This document shows positions 10,201 to 18,089 of a stretch of 43,005 nucleotides of DNA, piece by piece. A model generated the notes under the pieces. The model was not told the DNA's origin, ran no database searches, and saw nothing but the letters and a program-made list of their open reading frames with translations. Origin of the DNA: an uncultured Verrucomicrobiota bacterium (lineage in GTDB: Bacteria; Verrucomicrobiota; Kiritimatiellia; RFP12; UBA1067); contig CAMPAA010000001.1 of assembly GCA_946631345.1 (NCBI GenBank), positions 1 through 43,005 on the forward strand, written 5' to 3'. The translations under genes and the position numbers were made by a program. Position 1 is the first letter of the stretch. Each line of letters opens with the position of its first letter.

Positions 10201-11387
10201 ATTCCTATGGCTGTGACCGCCTTGCATCCGTCAAACGCGTGATCTCCGATTTTTGTCACCGCAAAGCCGTTTATGGAGTTCGGGATGCGCAACGCCACAC
10301 GGTAATTCACCGAGTCCTCACTTTCGTAGTAGCGGGCTCCAGATGTTGATGTCGGGCTGATTGCGGCTATGGCGTTGCCATTTGCGTCTTCATTGCAGAT
10401 CGTCGCCTCCCCATTGACGATGCGGTAGTACCATGTTATCCCGTCATTGTCACGGAACGAAAGCACTGGCGGGTTTGCTTCGCCGATTACTGTGACGGGA
10501 CGATTTTTCCATGTGCTTGGCCAGTCGTCCGTAAAGGCGTAGGTGACGAGATCGGCGGGGGCGTGTTCGTAGATGTCATCGGCGGCGCTGGGGACGGGGC
10601 CGTTGTAGAATATGGACTGGAGCTTGGGCGTCGACTCTGGTGCTGACAGCCCCGGCCAGATTCCGTACACGTTGAAAGCATCGTTGCCAATCGTATTTAC
10701 GTTCTCTGGGATGTTGAGATACGAGAGGCGGAAGCAGCCGAAGAACGCGTCCTGGCAGATGTTGGTGACCGTGCTTGGTATGGTGATCGTTCCTTCCGCG
10801 CGCGTTGGGCAGGCGTAGAGCTTCGTCATGTCCTTGTTGTAGAGGACGCCATCGTCGGAGTAGGTGAAGTGCGAACTGTCGGAGATAGTTATTGCTGAGG
10901 TGAAGAGAGTGCCTGCTGAAATGTTCCCACCCATGTCTAGGAGTGAATCAGGTATTGGTATTTTGGTGATTATGGTGTTTACGAAAGCACGTTCGCCAAT
11001 GTAGCGGATGCCGTAACCAATGGAGATTTCAGCAAGTGCCGTGCAGTTGGCGAAAGCATATGCACCGATGCTCAAGATTGTGTTTGGTACTTCAACTTCT
11101 AACAAACCAATGTTATCGGCAAATGCCGAGTCGGCTATGTTTGTCACCACGAATGCTTGGTTGCCGACTTGAAGGATATTCGGGATCGTGTATTTTTCTG
11201 AGATTATATCGCGTGCTCTGAGAATTGTAGCGCCACATGGAGGATCGTAAGAGAGATCATAGGTGTAATGGCTAATAACCTTGACATTGTTAATCGTGTT
11301 GGTCTCATCAACATAGATGACCGTTCCTGCCAAGAGTGCAGATAGTTGAACTGTCGTGAAAGTTATCGCTAGTAGCAGCTTTTTCAT
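7224..11387 (-). CDS. Giant secreted BspA-type leucine-rich-repeat (LRR_5 / TpLRR-like) surface protein
   Basis: Signal peptide MKKLLLAITFTTVQLSALLA. Many repeats of the type I-G-x-x-A-F-x-x-C-x-x-L-x-x-I-x-I-P (for example IGDHAFDGCKAVTAIGISPSIQEIGAHAFSGCTALRAI). A GGAGA RBS lies in the 11-nt gap after the secretin stop. Confidence 0.8.
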   Translation of the reverse strand: MKKLLLAITFTTVQLSALLAGTVIYVDETNTINNVKVISHYTYDLSYDPPCGATILRARDIISEKYTIPNILQVGNQAFVVTNIADSAFADNIGLLEVEVPNTILSIGAYAFANCTALAEISIGYGIRYIGERAFVNTIITKIPIPDSLLDMGGNISAGTLFTSAITISDSSHFTYSDDGVLYNKDMTKLYACPTRAEGTITIPSTVTNICQDAFFGCFRLSYLNIPENVNTIGNDAFNVYGIWPGLSAPESTPKLQSIFYNGPVPSAADDIYEHAPADLVTYAFTDDWPSTWKNRPVTVIGEANPPVLSFRDNDGITWYYRIVNGEATICNEDANGNAIAAISPTSTSGARYYESEDSVNYRVALRIPNSINGFAVTKIGDHAFDGCKAVTAIGISPSIQEIGAHAFSGCTALRAIDGNDNVPFWAADGKIALPTGIAKIGYHAFEGMTTHSLSIPYTVNSIDGNPLAGMEFVTTVAVDAANPKFHSSGNIVYNKGKTSVIGVPANYDGSSIAFLASVTDIGEEALYGCANLNPIPLPAALETISSNAFAGCAGVYALTIPSTVSAMEAAFDGCTSLTKVSYGGNAPAAPDNLYAGTPETLTSFANEDAGFTAETWKDRPIVLKSSADGGDDELSYDNGIATWYYRVVDGTAEIWRSGGRTAIVSDDPIMNLTLPDTLGGYIVKGIGDGALANLRGITSMSIPNTYEWIGDYAFSNCTSLASVNLGNGVTKIGRWPFYGTKISMLAIPDSVSEINGNPVAGCPLMQEISVASSHPCFATEDGLLYDKRMLTLIACPAAKERISLPETLEETREDAFYGCHLLESGGGSAIVDGVEWEFNLNDDGSVCITSAHGGSGTVVVPEKLAGRSVADIADGTFAGCSNVTEFVSHSPAFRARNGVLYSADGTRLVCVPDTLVLPHTIVTSNIAMRVVDRIDAVATGELPYIVLSSVTNSPVTKVSTETVKGDISLDSLLYGVTSISGYAFKGINIYPISVTTNRTSSGRAAPGDGSADAKLTSDITIVSVSRSTQIEVDTARVTVASDAFADSGVTCKETSAQEDSPVAVLRHTLILPDAPSGAASTYSGYVTDADGTPRGTLLLKVAKAKNGVSKVTAEMQLAGQKKKTVKGSLNIADGTVSGLDLSVGENGMAGSYGGYRIEGARNLFASKRQDEVAAASRALATCPDVLNVAWNDGFLSMKITKKGKVSVSGTLSDGSKVSAKSQLTVGDEWLCIPVSFTKKPLALTVWIPREGGEVQVYGPANAVAGAPGQLNDGAKLRFDWETAGQMVSTAFSTGASQTVDVATEDLPDGVTLVGNRSTWTAPGDISNLKLRYAAKTGTFKGSFKAYRILGGKRKATTVKIAGAMIDGSGYGFATIKKAGSIQVEIR

Positions 11388-11398
11388 GGATAGGTCTC

Positions 11399-13504
11399 CT
11401 ATTTCACGGGTGATGCTTTCTCTATGCTTTGTTCGGGAACAAGTTTCGTTGGGTCGGCGTCGTCATTGCCCTGTAGGGTCGGTTTGGAGTCTGCTTCATC
11501 TACAACGGTTATCTTGACTGTACCTTTGGGCGGAGCATCAGTCGTGGCAGGCTTGGCTTCATCCGCCTTCGGGCGGCGCTTGTCTACGGCGGTCATGTCG
11601 AGCTGGAGGATGTCTGCCGCGAGACCTGTGCGGTCGCCCGGCTCAAGACGTGCCCCCGTGACGTATTCGCGGCCAAGTATGGCGTTCTTGGGAAGGCCCA
11701 CATCCGTTGGCAGGCTTTGCGGATCGGCGATTCCGATCGTCACGAACACGACGATTTCCTTCTGCACCTTGCCACGGCTTTTCCAGCCGAACAGCTTCTG
11801 GCCGATCCACGGAATCTCACGAAGGTAGGGGATGCCGGAGTCGACATCTTCCTCCGTGGTCTTGGAAAGGCCCCCGATCACGGCGGTCGCGCCGTCCTTC
11901 ATCGTGAACTCTGTTGTGAGGCGTTTGACTTCTATTATCGGGTACTTGGTGTACGGCGTGTCGGTCTCCTGGCTCGAGTTGATGGAGAGGTACCCGGTGC
12001 AGTCGCTTATCGTGGGCACGATCTCCACCGAGATGAGGCCGTCGGGCGAGATGCGCGGCGTCACCGAAAGCTGGATGCCCCAGCTGAAGAACGCCTCCTT
12101 TGCGAACATGAACTTGTCCTCGCCCGGAATCACGTCGAGCTTGGTCGATACCGAGAGGTTCTGCGAATTGAGGCCGGTGTAGTTGGAGTCGATCGTCACG
12201 TTAGGGTACTTGGTGGTCATGTCCACCTTAGCCTCCTTGCCGTTGGAGACGATGATTTTCGGGTTTGAGAACACCTTTACGTCGGACATCGACTCGAACG
12301 CGCTCATGGCGAGGCGGAAGTCATCCAGGGAGAGCTGGCCGGAGAAGCCTCGCGCGTTGTGCCAGTTCATGCTGTCGGCGGTACGCCCTGCGCCTGCGGC
12401 CTGCGAAATGCCGCCAGGCACGAGGGAGGCGAAGGTCTGGGAGTCAGACGTCGATTTCGTTGACGACGTGGTGGAGGATGCCGCCGAGCTCGTCGAGTCG
12501 CCCGAAAGGGAAGTGTTGGCGGAGTTGTTCTTGTTTTCTGAAGTGTTGCCTGACGTCGTGCGCGTTGTGAGCCTTGTGCCGTAGTTCGCGGAACGGCCAT
12601 TGTTGTACTCCATGCCGGCGGAGAGGTTGCGCACGGACGCTCCCCAGCTTTCGAGCTGGTTCCACTGCATGCCGAGCTTGTGCATGGCCTCGTTCGACAG
12701 CTCGATGAAGCGCGCCTCAATGTATATCTGGGCCACCGCCCTGTCCACGGCCTTGATGATGGTCTCGCATTCGGAGAGCATCTTGTCGGTTGCGGTGACC
12801 ACCACCACGTTGGCCCCGTTGAAGCTCGTCGCGATCGGGCCGATGATTTTGCCTGCGGCGTCCTTCCGCCCGTAGGTGGCGTTGAAGAGGTCGGCGAGCT
12901 CCTTTGCGGATGCGTGGTTGAGGGGGAATGTGCGTGTCGATACCGGCACGAGCTGCAGATCCTCCACCACGCGGTAGATGTTGTCATGCTCCTCGATGCG
13001 GAATCCCCGCGATCCGAGGATGGCGGTCATGCCCTGGAGCCACGGAACCTTCTTGAGAGACACCGAAACGCGTTTCTGAAGATTTGTGGAGTCGTCGCTG
13101 ATGATGTTTGCGCCTGTCGTCTTGCGGAACTGCCGCAGAATGTCGGCGAGTGTGGCCTCGTCGCATTCGATATCGACGAGCGACATGAATCCCTTGTCGA
13201 GGTTGCCCTTGACCGTCGGCTTCTTGGCGGCGATGGCTGAATCGTCCTCAAGGTCGATGTCGTCGATGTTCGTCAGCTGGAGCGCGCTTTTCGGCGGTTC
13301 CTGGGCTGGGATGAAGGTGTCGGCTTTCGCAGGGGCGGCGTTCGTCTCGGCAATTGCCGAGGCGGCGTTTGCCGCTGGCGGCGGAGGGGGCGTCGAACCC
13401 GGAGAGCTGACCTTGCCGGCCGCGGCATTCGTCGCCGCAGGCGGAACCGCTGTTGCGGCAAGGCTTGCGAAGCCGAGGATCATGGTTGCGAGGTTGGTCT
13501 TCAT
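11399..13504 (-). CDS. pilQ: Secretin (type IV pilus PilQ / T2SS GspD family)
   Basis: Signal peptide present. The secretin core begins around AQIYIEARFIELS. The C-terminal motif is typical of secretins (GIPYLREIPWIGQKLFGWKS...VVFVT). The gene is last in a pilMNOP-like series. Confidence 0.8.
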   Translation of the reverse strand: MKTNLATMILGFASLAATAVPPAATNAAAGKVSSPGSTPPPPPAANAASAIAETNAAPAKADTFIPAQEPPKSALQLTNIDDIDLEDDSAIAAKKPTVKGNLDKGFMSLVDIECDEATLADILRQFRKTTGANIISDDSTNLQKRVSVSLKKVPWLQGMTAILGSRGFRIEEHDNIYRVVEDLQLVPVSTRTFPLNHASAKELADLFNATYGRKDAAGKIIGPIATSFNGANVVVVTATDKMLSECETIIKAVDRAVAQIYIEARFIELSNEAMHKLGMQWNQLESWGASVRNLSAGMEYNNGRSANYGTRLTTRTTSGNTSENKNNSANTSLSGDSTSSAASSTTSSTKSTSDSQTFASLVPGGISQAAGAGRTADSMNWHNARGFSGQLSLDDFRLAMSAFESMSDVKVFSNPKIIVSNGKEAKVDMTTKYPNVTIDSNYTGLNSQNLSVSTKLDVIPGEDKFMFAKEAFFSWGIQLSVTPRISPDGLISVEIVPTISDCTGYLSINSSQETDTPYTKYPIIEVKRLTTEFTMKDGATAVIGGLSKTTEEDVDSGIPYLREIPWIGQKLFGWKSRGKVQKEIVVFVTIGIADPQSLPTDVGLPKNAILGREYVTGARLEPGDRTGLAADILQLDMTAVDKRRPKADEAKPATTDAPPKGTVKITVVDEADSKPTLQGNDDADPTKLVPEQSIEKASPVK

Positions 13505-13965
13505 TTGTCTGAATCTCCTTTCATGTCATCGTCGATGTCCTTTGCGCGTAGGCGTATGAGCCTGAGCGTAGCGCCTTCGGTCAGTCCCTGCACGCGCCAT
13601 GTGAACCTGTGGCCCTCATGGTTGATGGATATGAGATCGCCGTCTCCGTATGTAAGGCCGTTGATGATTGCGCTGTGGCGCTTGCGCCCCTTGGCGTCTG
13701 TTACCGTGGTGGTGCCTGATATGCGGAGGGTCTTTCTGGCCTCGGCCCAGGAGCGTGGCGAGACCATCTGCGCGGCGCGCGCGGCCTGTTCGGCCGCCTG
13801 CGCCACGGCGCCTGCGGTCGCGGTGTCGTCGGTTTCGGCGGCAGGGGCGCGGATCTCGACCTTCGGTTCGGAGGATATCTCCTCCTTTACGCCCTCGTAG
13901 CCGATCGGCCAGAACGGATTGCGCACGGCAACTGCCGCCAGAAGCAATGGGAGCATGGCGTTCAT
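13501..13965 (-). CDS. pilP: PilP-like pilus/secretin-associated protein
   Basis: Start set at ATG 13965, which overlaps the upstream stop as ATGA. Hydrophobic N-terminus followed by RNPFWP (the RDPF-type motif). The C-terminal segment INGLTYGDGDLI...WRVQGLTEGATLRLIR resembles the PilP/GspC beta-domain. Confidence 0.55.
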   Translation of the reverse strand: MNAMLPLLLAAVAVRNPFWPIGYEGVKEEISSEPKVEIRAPAAETDDTATAGAVAQAAEQAARAAQMVSPRSWAEARKTLRISGTTTVTDAKGRKRHSAIINGLTYGDGDLISINHEGHRFTWRVQGLTEGATLRLIRLRAKDIDDDMKGDSDK

Positions 13966-14558
13966 TTGCGTGACTGCGCTCCTTTCGCGGGCCATTCGAG
14001 AATCATCGATACGGACTGCCTTGCCGGATTCTGCTGCGATTGTATCTGGCATGCCTGGAGCGAGACGAGCGGGAACTCCTTTTCGAGCATGAGCAGGAAG
14101 GATACGATGGCCTGGTAGCTGCCGCGTGCCGCGATCCGGACGGCGGCGCGCTTGTAGAGCTGCTTGGGCATTGGAAGGGGTGTGGGCAGTTTGCGGTCAG
14201 CCTCCTCGCTGAACTCCACATCCATGAGGCCGGCGCTGGTGATGAGTGGGTCGAGCATTGATTTCGCGCGCATGGCGAACGAGCCGAGCAGCGGATCGAG
14301 CCTTGCGGCGGCGAACGGCTTCATCTCGGCCTCAAGCTCCTCCAGAGTCTTCTGCACCGTGCCTGCGCTGCCGAGGTCGGCGGTCATGCGGCGCTGGCTG
14401 TCCCTGAGGCCTTCGAGTCTGGCGCGTTCGCGAGACAGGGCTGCTATGGCCGGCTCCACGGCGAGGAGGTATATCGCCGTGGCGACCACGCCAAGGACTA
14501 CGGTGGTGAGGAACGCGCGCTTTGCGTTTGGTGCCATGCTGTGGAGTCCGCCCTTCAT
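13962..14558 (-). CDS. pilO: PilO-like bitopic inner-membrane assembly protein
   Basis: Single TM segment (FLTTVVLGVVATAIYLLAV), then a coiled-coil-like stretch and an alpha/beta C-terminus. It occupies the pilO position, with ATGA overlaps at both ends. Confidence 0.5.
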   Translation of the reverse strand: MKGGLHSMAPNAKRAFLTTVVLGVVATAIYLLAVEPAIAALSRERARLEGLRDSQRRMTADLGSAGTVQKTLEELEAEMKPFAAARLDPLLGSFAMRAKSMLDPLITSAGLMDVEFSEEADRKLPTPLPMPKQLYKRAAVRIAARGSYQAIVSFLLMLEKEFPLVSLQACQIQSQQNPARQSVSMILEWPAKGAQSRK

Positions 14559-15211
14559 TTCGCGAACCTCCTTTCGGGCATGGTGTACTCCACCTCGAAC
14601 GCGAGAAGGCGGCGTCCGCCTTTTTCGGCGGTGGCGTCCTGCCGGAAGGACTTCACGCGCTTTTCGCGGGTGATGAGGCGTTCAAATTCGGCGGAATCGA
14701 GGGATTCCATGAGCGCGACGACGGGCGTTTCCTTGGTGGTGCGCCCCGCGATGACGAATCGCTGCGTCTCTACGTTGGTCATCGGGGCGAACGGCGATAT
14801 CTTCTGGCCCGGCTTTGGCGGAGGGTCGAGCGGCGGCGGCGCGAACGACAGGTCGGTGAGCTGCACCTTCAGCGGCATGATCTCGGCGAGCTTCGCCAGC
14901 GGCTTGCCTATTGCGCGCACCCCGTTGCGGTAGTAGGTGAGCTGTTCGAGCTGCTGGCGCATCTCGCGCACCCGGTCCTGTCGGCTGATGGCCTCGGCGT
15001 GGGCCTTGGACTTGGCTTTCACGTCTTCATCTATATCCTGAGCCTCCGCCCTGACCATCAGCAGCTGGGTGAACAGTATCGCCCACCATAGCCCCATGCC
15101 GATGCAGGCGAAGAGCGCAACGACGGGCAGCATCACGCGCAGCCGCACAGGGGAGGATGACAGGCGTTCGGTGTCCTTCAGCAGGTTAAGGTGAAATGAG
15201 GCGCTTTTCAT
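14555..15211 (-). CDS. pilN: PilN-like bitopic inner-membrane assembly protein
   Basis: Start set at ATG 15211 (ATGA overlap with the pilM-like stop). The N-terminus FHLNLLKDTER is followed by a TM segment, resembling the PilN INLLP motif. Confidence 0.55.
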   Translation of the reverse strand: MKSASFHLNLLKDTERLSSSPVRLRVMLPVVALFACIGMGLWWAILFTQLLMVRAEAQDIDEDVKAKSKAHAEAISRQDRVREMRQQLEQLTYYRNGVRAIGKPLAKLAEIMPLKVQLTDLSFAPPPLDPPPKPGQKISPFAPMTNVETQRFVIAGRTTKETPVVALMESLDSAEFERLITREKRVKSFRQDATAEKGGRRLLAFEVEYTMPERRFAK

Positions 15212-16386
15212 GTCTCCACCTCCGCCGCCGCTATGGCGGCTCCGAGCGCCACGAGATGCAGGTGCGCCAGCGAGGCGTCCACGCCTTTGGCGAGCGTGAT
15301 GCCGTCGAACGGATGCCCCGGAACGAGCTTCATCTTCACAGACTCCTCCGCCATGTGGCACCAGTGGCTTGCGCCGTACGGAAGCCCCATCAGGAGGGCC
15401 TTGCCCGTATCCATCGAATGTTTGCCGGCGAGATAGGCCCTGGCGAGGTCGAGCTGATGCAGCACCGGGTGCAGGAACGGCTCGAGCGCAGGGCGGGGAT
15501 CCACGAGGGCATCCTCCAGCACGTCGTTGATAAGCTCCTCCTCCACGCCCAGAGCCTTGCCGATCGCGTTGCGCATGGCGTCATATCCCTTTACTCCCGG
15601 GCAGCGGCGCCAAAGCACCGGCTCGCCTTTCCTGTACCCTGCGAAGTAGATCGCGTCCCTCCGGACGAATATCGCAAGCATGTTGCCTTTCGTCTCGGCG
15701 AACGCTGGATGCAGCAGTGGACTTGCCATCAGGGCGGATTCCGCCAGCTGTATGGAAGCCGCCGTAGGGCGGCGCCCCTCCGGCAGTAGCCGGCCGAGCC
15801 ACAGCGCCTGGAACTCCGGCAGCGACGCCGCAAGGTGGAAGCCTTCCTCGGCGAGGGGGCGCATCGAGAATCGCCGCCCGTTTTCGGAGACTGGGGTTCC
15901 GGGCGGCGGAAGCGTGGACTTCCGGCCGATTGGCGCGGGCTTCTGAGGCTCTTCCGCCTTTGCCTGCGGCTTGAGGCTCAGTCGCGGAGAGATCGCGGTA
16001 TGCGGCTTTGGCCTGGAATCTCCAAGCCCCTGGGACATCTCACGCAGGATGGCCTCTGCCGAGGCCTGACTGAACGAGCTCATGCCGGAATTGACGGCGA
16101 TCGCGGCGGAGGGGGACTGGAAGTTCCTCGGCAGTTCCCACACGGGCTGGTGCGGCGTATCCTCCCAGCGCTGGGGCAGGTCTCCGTTTGGCGGCGGCAC
16201 GAATCCTGCGGCGAGGATGTGCCAGCCGTCCTTCTTGTGCACAAGCCGAACCGCCGGCGCGCCCCGGCTTTCGCCGGAAAACAGCTCCACGCCAGTCATA
16301 TCGACCTTCGAATTCGAGGCACTCTTGCCTTTGCCGCCAAATCCGATTTCGATTGTCTTTGATCTTGTCAGTTGAATCTTCACCAT
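15208..16386 (-). CDS. pilM: PilM-like actin-fold pilus assembly protein with a Pro-rich insertion
   Basis: It occupies the first position of the M-N-O-P-Q series. The start is proposed at ATG 16386 (MVKIQL...), because the longer ORF would run into the divergent regulator gene. The start is uncertain. Confidence 0.5.
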   Translation of the reverse strand: MVKIQLTRSKTIEIGFGGKGKSASNSKVDMTGVELFSGESRGAPAVRLVHKKDGWHILAAGFVPPPNGDLPQRWEDTPHQPVWELPRNFQSPSAAIAVNSGMSSFSQASAEAILREMSQGLGDSRPKPHTAISPRLSLKPQAKAEEPQKPAPIGRKSTLPPPGTPVSENGRRFSMRPLAEEGFHLAASLPEFQALWLGRLLPEGRRPTAASIQLAESALMASPLLHPAFAETKGNMLAIFVRRDAIYFAGYRKGEPVLWRRCPGVKGYDAMRNAIGKALGVEEELINDVLEDALVDPRPALEPFLHPVLHQLDLARAYLAGKHSMDTGKALLMGLPYGASHWCHMAEESVKMKLVPGHPFDGITLAKGVDASLAHLHLVALGAAIAAAEVET

Positions 16387-16396
16387 CAGGTCTATT

Positions 16397-16412
16397 AGCA
16401 GTTTCCATGCCA
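16397..16412 (-). promoter_or_regulatory. Sigma-54 (-24/-12) promoter facing the pilM operon
   Basis: The minus strand reads TGGCATGGAAACTGCT, with GG and GC at the canonical spacing (consensus TGGCAC-N5-TTGC). The predicted +1 falls at or next to ATG 16386. Confidence 0.6.
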
Positions 16413-16443
16413 AAGAGTGGAGGCCGGTAAGGCGCGGCGGCAA

Positions 16444-16505
16444 TTTGCCCGTGGGCGGACGACCGTTTGACCTAGGTCTGACGACCGTTTGCCCGTGGGC
16501 AGACG
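16444..16505. repeat. Structured direct-repeat cluster with a central palindrome between the divergent promoters
   Basis: An 18-mer TTTGCCCGTGGGC(G/A)GACG occurs at 16444-16461 and 16488-16505, with 17 of 18 positions identical. A 12-mer GACGACCGTTTG occurs at 16458-16469 and 16480-16491. The palindrome GACCTAGGTC lies at 16469-16478. Confidence 0.85.
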
Positions 16506-16545
16506 GAACTTCAGTCCCGGATATGGATTTCCATGGTGCATTCAC

Positions 16546-16574
16546 TTGAAAATGGCGGGCAACTGTTGTATAAT
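16546..16574 (+). promoter_or_regulatory. Sigma-70 promoter of the response-regulator gene
   Basis: TTGAAA at 16546-16551, a 17-nt spacer, then TATAAT at 16569-16574. The ATG at 16585 is only 10 nt downstream. Confidence 0.6.
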
Positions 16575-16584
16575 CCGCGTCCAT

Positions 16585-17961
16585 ATGTCAAGAATCCTTA
16601 TCGTTGACGACGAACCGCGCATTCTGCTGCTGCTCCAGAGCCTTCTCAAGGCAAATGGCTACGAGGTGGAGAGTGCGCGTGACGGTGCGTCTGCGCTGGA
16701 TATCGTGCGGCGGGGTGAAATCGATATCACCATCACCGATCTGCGGATGTCTCCCATGGATGGCATGACGCTTTTCAAGGAGATAAAGGAAATCGCCCCA
16801 GACATGCCCGTTATCCTCCTTACCGCCTATGCGACCGTGGAAACGGCTGTGGAGGCGATGAAAAGCGGGATTTTCGACTATCTGACGAAACCGTTCAAGG
16901 TTGACGACATGATTGCCTGCCTGAAGCGGGCGGAGGAGAAGATGTCCGGAGCGAGCAGCCATGCGGCTGTTCCGGAGGCTTCTGCGCCGGTTCAGGCCCG
17001 TTTTGACGGTCTTATCGCCCATTCGCCGTCGATGGTGGCGGTTTGCGACACCATACAGAAGGTCGCGCCCACGGCGGCGACCGTGTTGATCAACGGCGAA
17101 TCCGGCACCGGCAAGGAGGTGATCGCGCGCACGATCCACCGCAACTCCACTCGCAAGAACAAGCCTTGGGTGGCGGTAAACTGCGCCGCTATACCGGAAA
17201 ATCTGCTGGAAAGCGAAATGTTCGGCCATGTGAAGGGCAGTTTCACAGGGGCCCTTTCCGACAAGGCGGGGCTATTCGAGGTGGCCGATGGCGGCACTCT
17301 GTTCCTGGACGAGATATCGTCCATGCCTCTAATACTGCAGGGTAAGCTGCTCCGCGTGCTGCAGGAGCGGGAAATCCGTCGTGTGGGCGGCACAAAGGAT
17401 ATACCGGTTGACGTGCGCGTGATCGCCGCCGCCAACTCGAACCTTGAGGAAGCCGTCGTGAAGGGCACTTTCCGCAGCGATCTGTACTACCGCTTCGCCG
17501 TGATAACGCTCGACATCCCGCCGCTGAGAAAGCGTCCGGAGGACATCATCCCCCTCGCCAGGCACTTCGTTCGGGAGGAGATGAAGGACGCCAAGTCGTT
17601 CCCCGCGATTACGCCGGAGGCCGCAAAAGCCCTTGAAATTTACGATTGGCCCGGGAATGTACGGGAGCTTGAGAACGCGATTCGCCACGCAATCACGTTC
17701 CTGCAGCAGGGGGACATCACCGTTGACCTGCTGCCGCAGAAGATTGTGGATCATTTCAGGAAACCGGGCGCATCCGCTTCGTCTTCTGGAGATAACGCCT
17801 CGTTGAAGAGCTTCCTGAAACGCAAGGAGAAGGAGTACATAGAGCAGATACTGTTTTCGACCGGCGGGGACAAGGAAAAGGCGGCGGAGGCGCTCAAGGT
17901 AAACCTCTCCACCCTATACCGCAAACTATCGGACGACAAGCCCGAAGATTCGCAGGAATGA
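16585..17961 (+). CDS. Sigma-54-dependent response regulator (NtrC/PilR family enhancer-binding protein)
   Basis: Receiver domain (ILIVDDEP...ITDLRMSPMDG...LTAY). AAA+ domain with GESGTGKE, GSFTGA (the GAFTGA loop), LFLDEI and RVIAAAN...FRSDLYYR. A Fis-type HTH lies at the C-terminus. Confidence 0.9.
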   Translation: MSRILIVDDEPRILLLLQSLLKANGYEVESARDGASALDIVRRGEIDITITDLRMSPMDGMTLFKEIKEIAPDMPVILLTAYATVETAVEAMKSGIFDYLTKPFKVDDMIACLKRAEEKMSGASSHAAVPEASAPVQARFDGLIAHSPSMVAVCDTIQKVAPTAATVLINGESGTGKEVIARTIHRNSTRKNKPWVAVNCAAIPENLLESEMFGHVKGSFTGALSDKAGLFEVADGGTLFLDEISSMPLILQGKLLRVLQEREIRRVGGTKDIPVDVRVIAAANSNLEEAVVKGTFRSDLYYRFAVITLDIPPLRKRPEDIIPLARHFVREEMKDAKSFPAITPEAAKALEIYDWPGNVRELENAIRHAITFLQQGDITVDLLPQKIVDHFRKPGASASSSGDNASLKSFLKRKEKEYIEQILFSTGGDKEKAAEALKVNLSTLYRKLSDDKPEDSQE

Positions 17962-18073
17962 GAAAGGCGTTTTGCATGTCTGCGAAAAAAGCGCCAGCGT
18001 TTCCCCCTGCCACAAATGGCCAAACTTGAACAGTATGTGCCAAAAGCAAGGAAAAGTTGAAGATGCTGATTTT

Positions 18074-18089
18074 TGGCACGCGATATGCT
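18074..18089 (+). promoter_or_regulatory. Sigma-54 (-24/-12) promoter of the pilin gene
   Basis: TGGCACGCGATATGCT, with GG and GC at consensus spacing. It lies about 60 nt upstream of ATG 18152. Confidence 0.7.
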
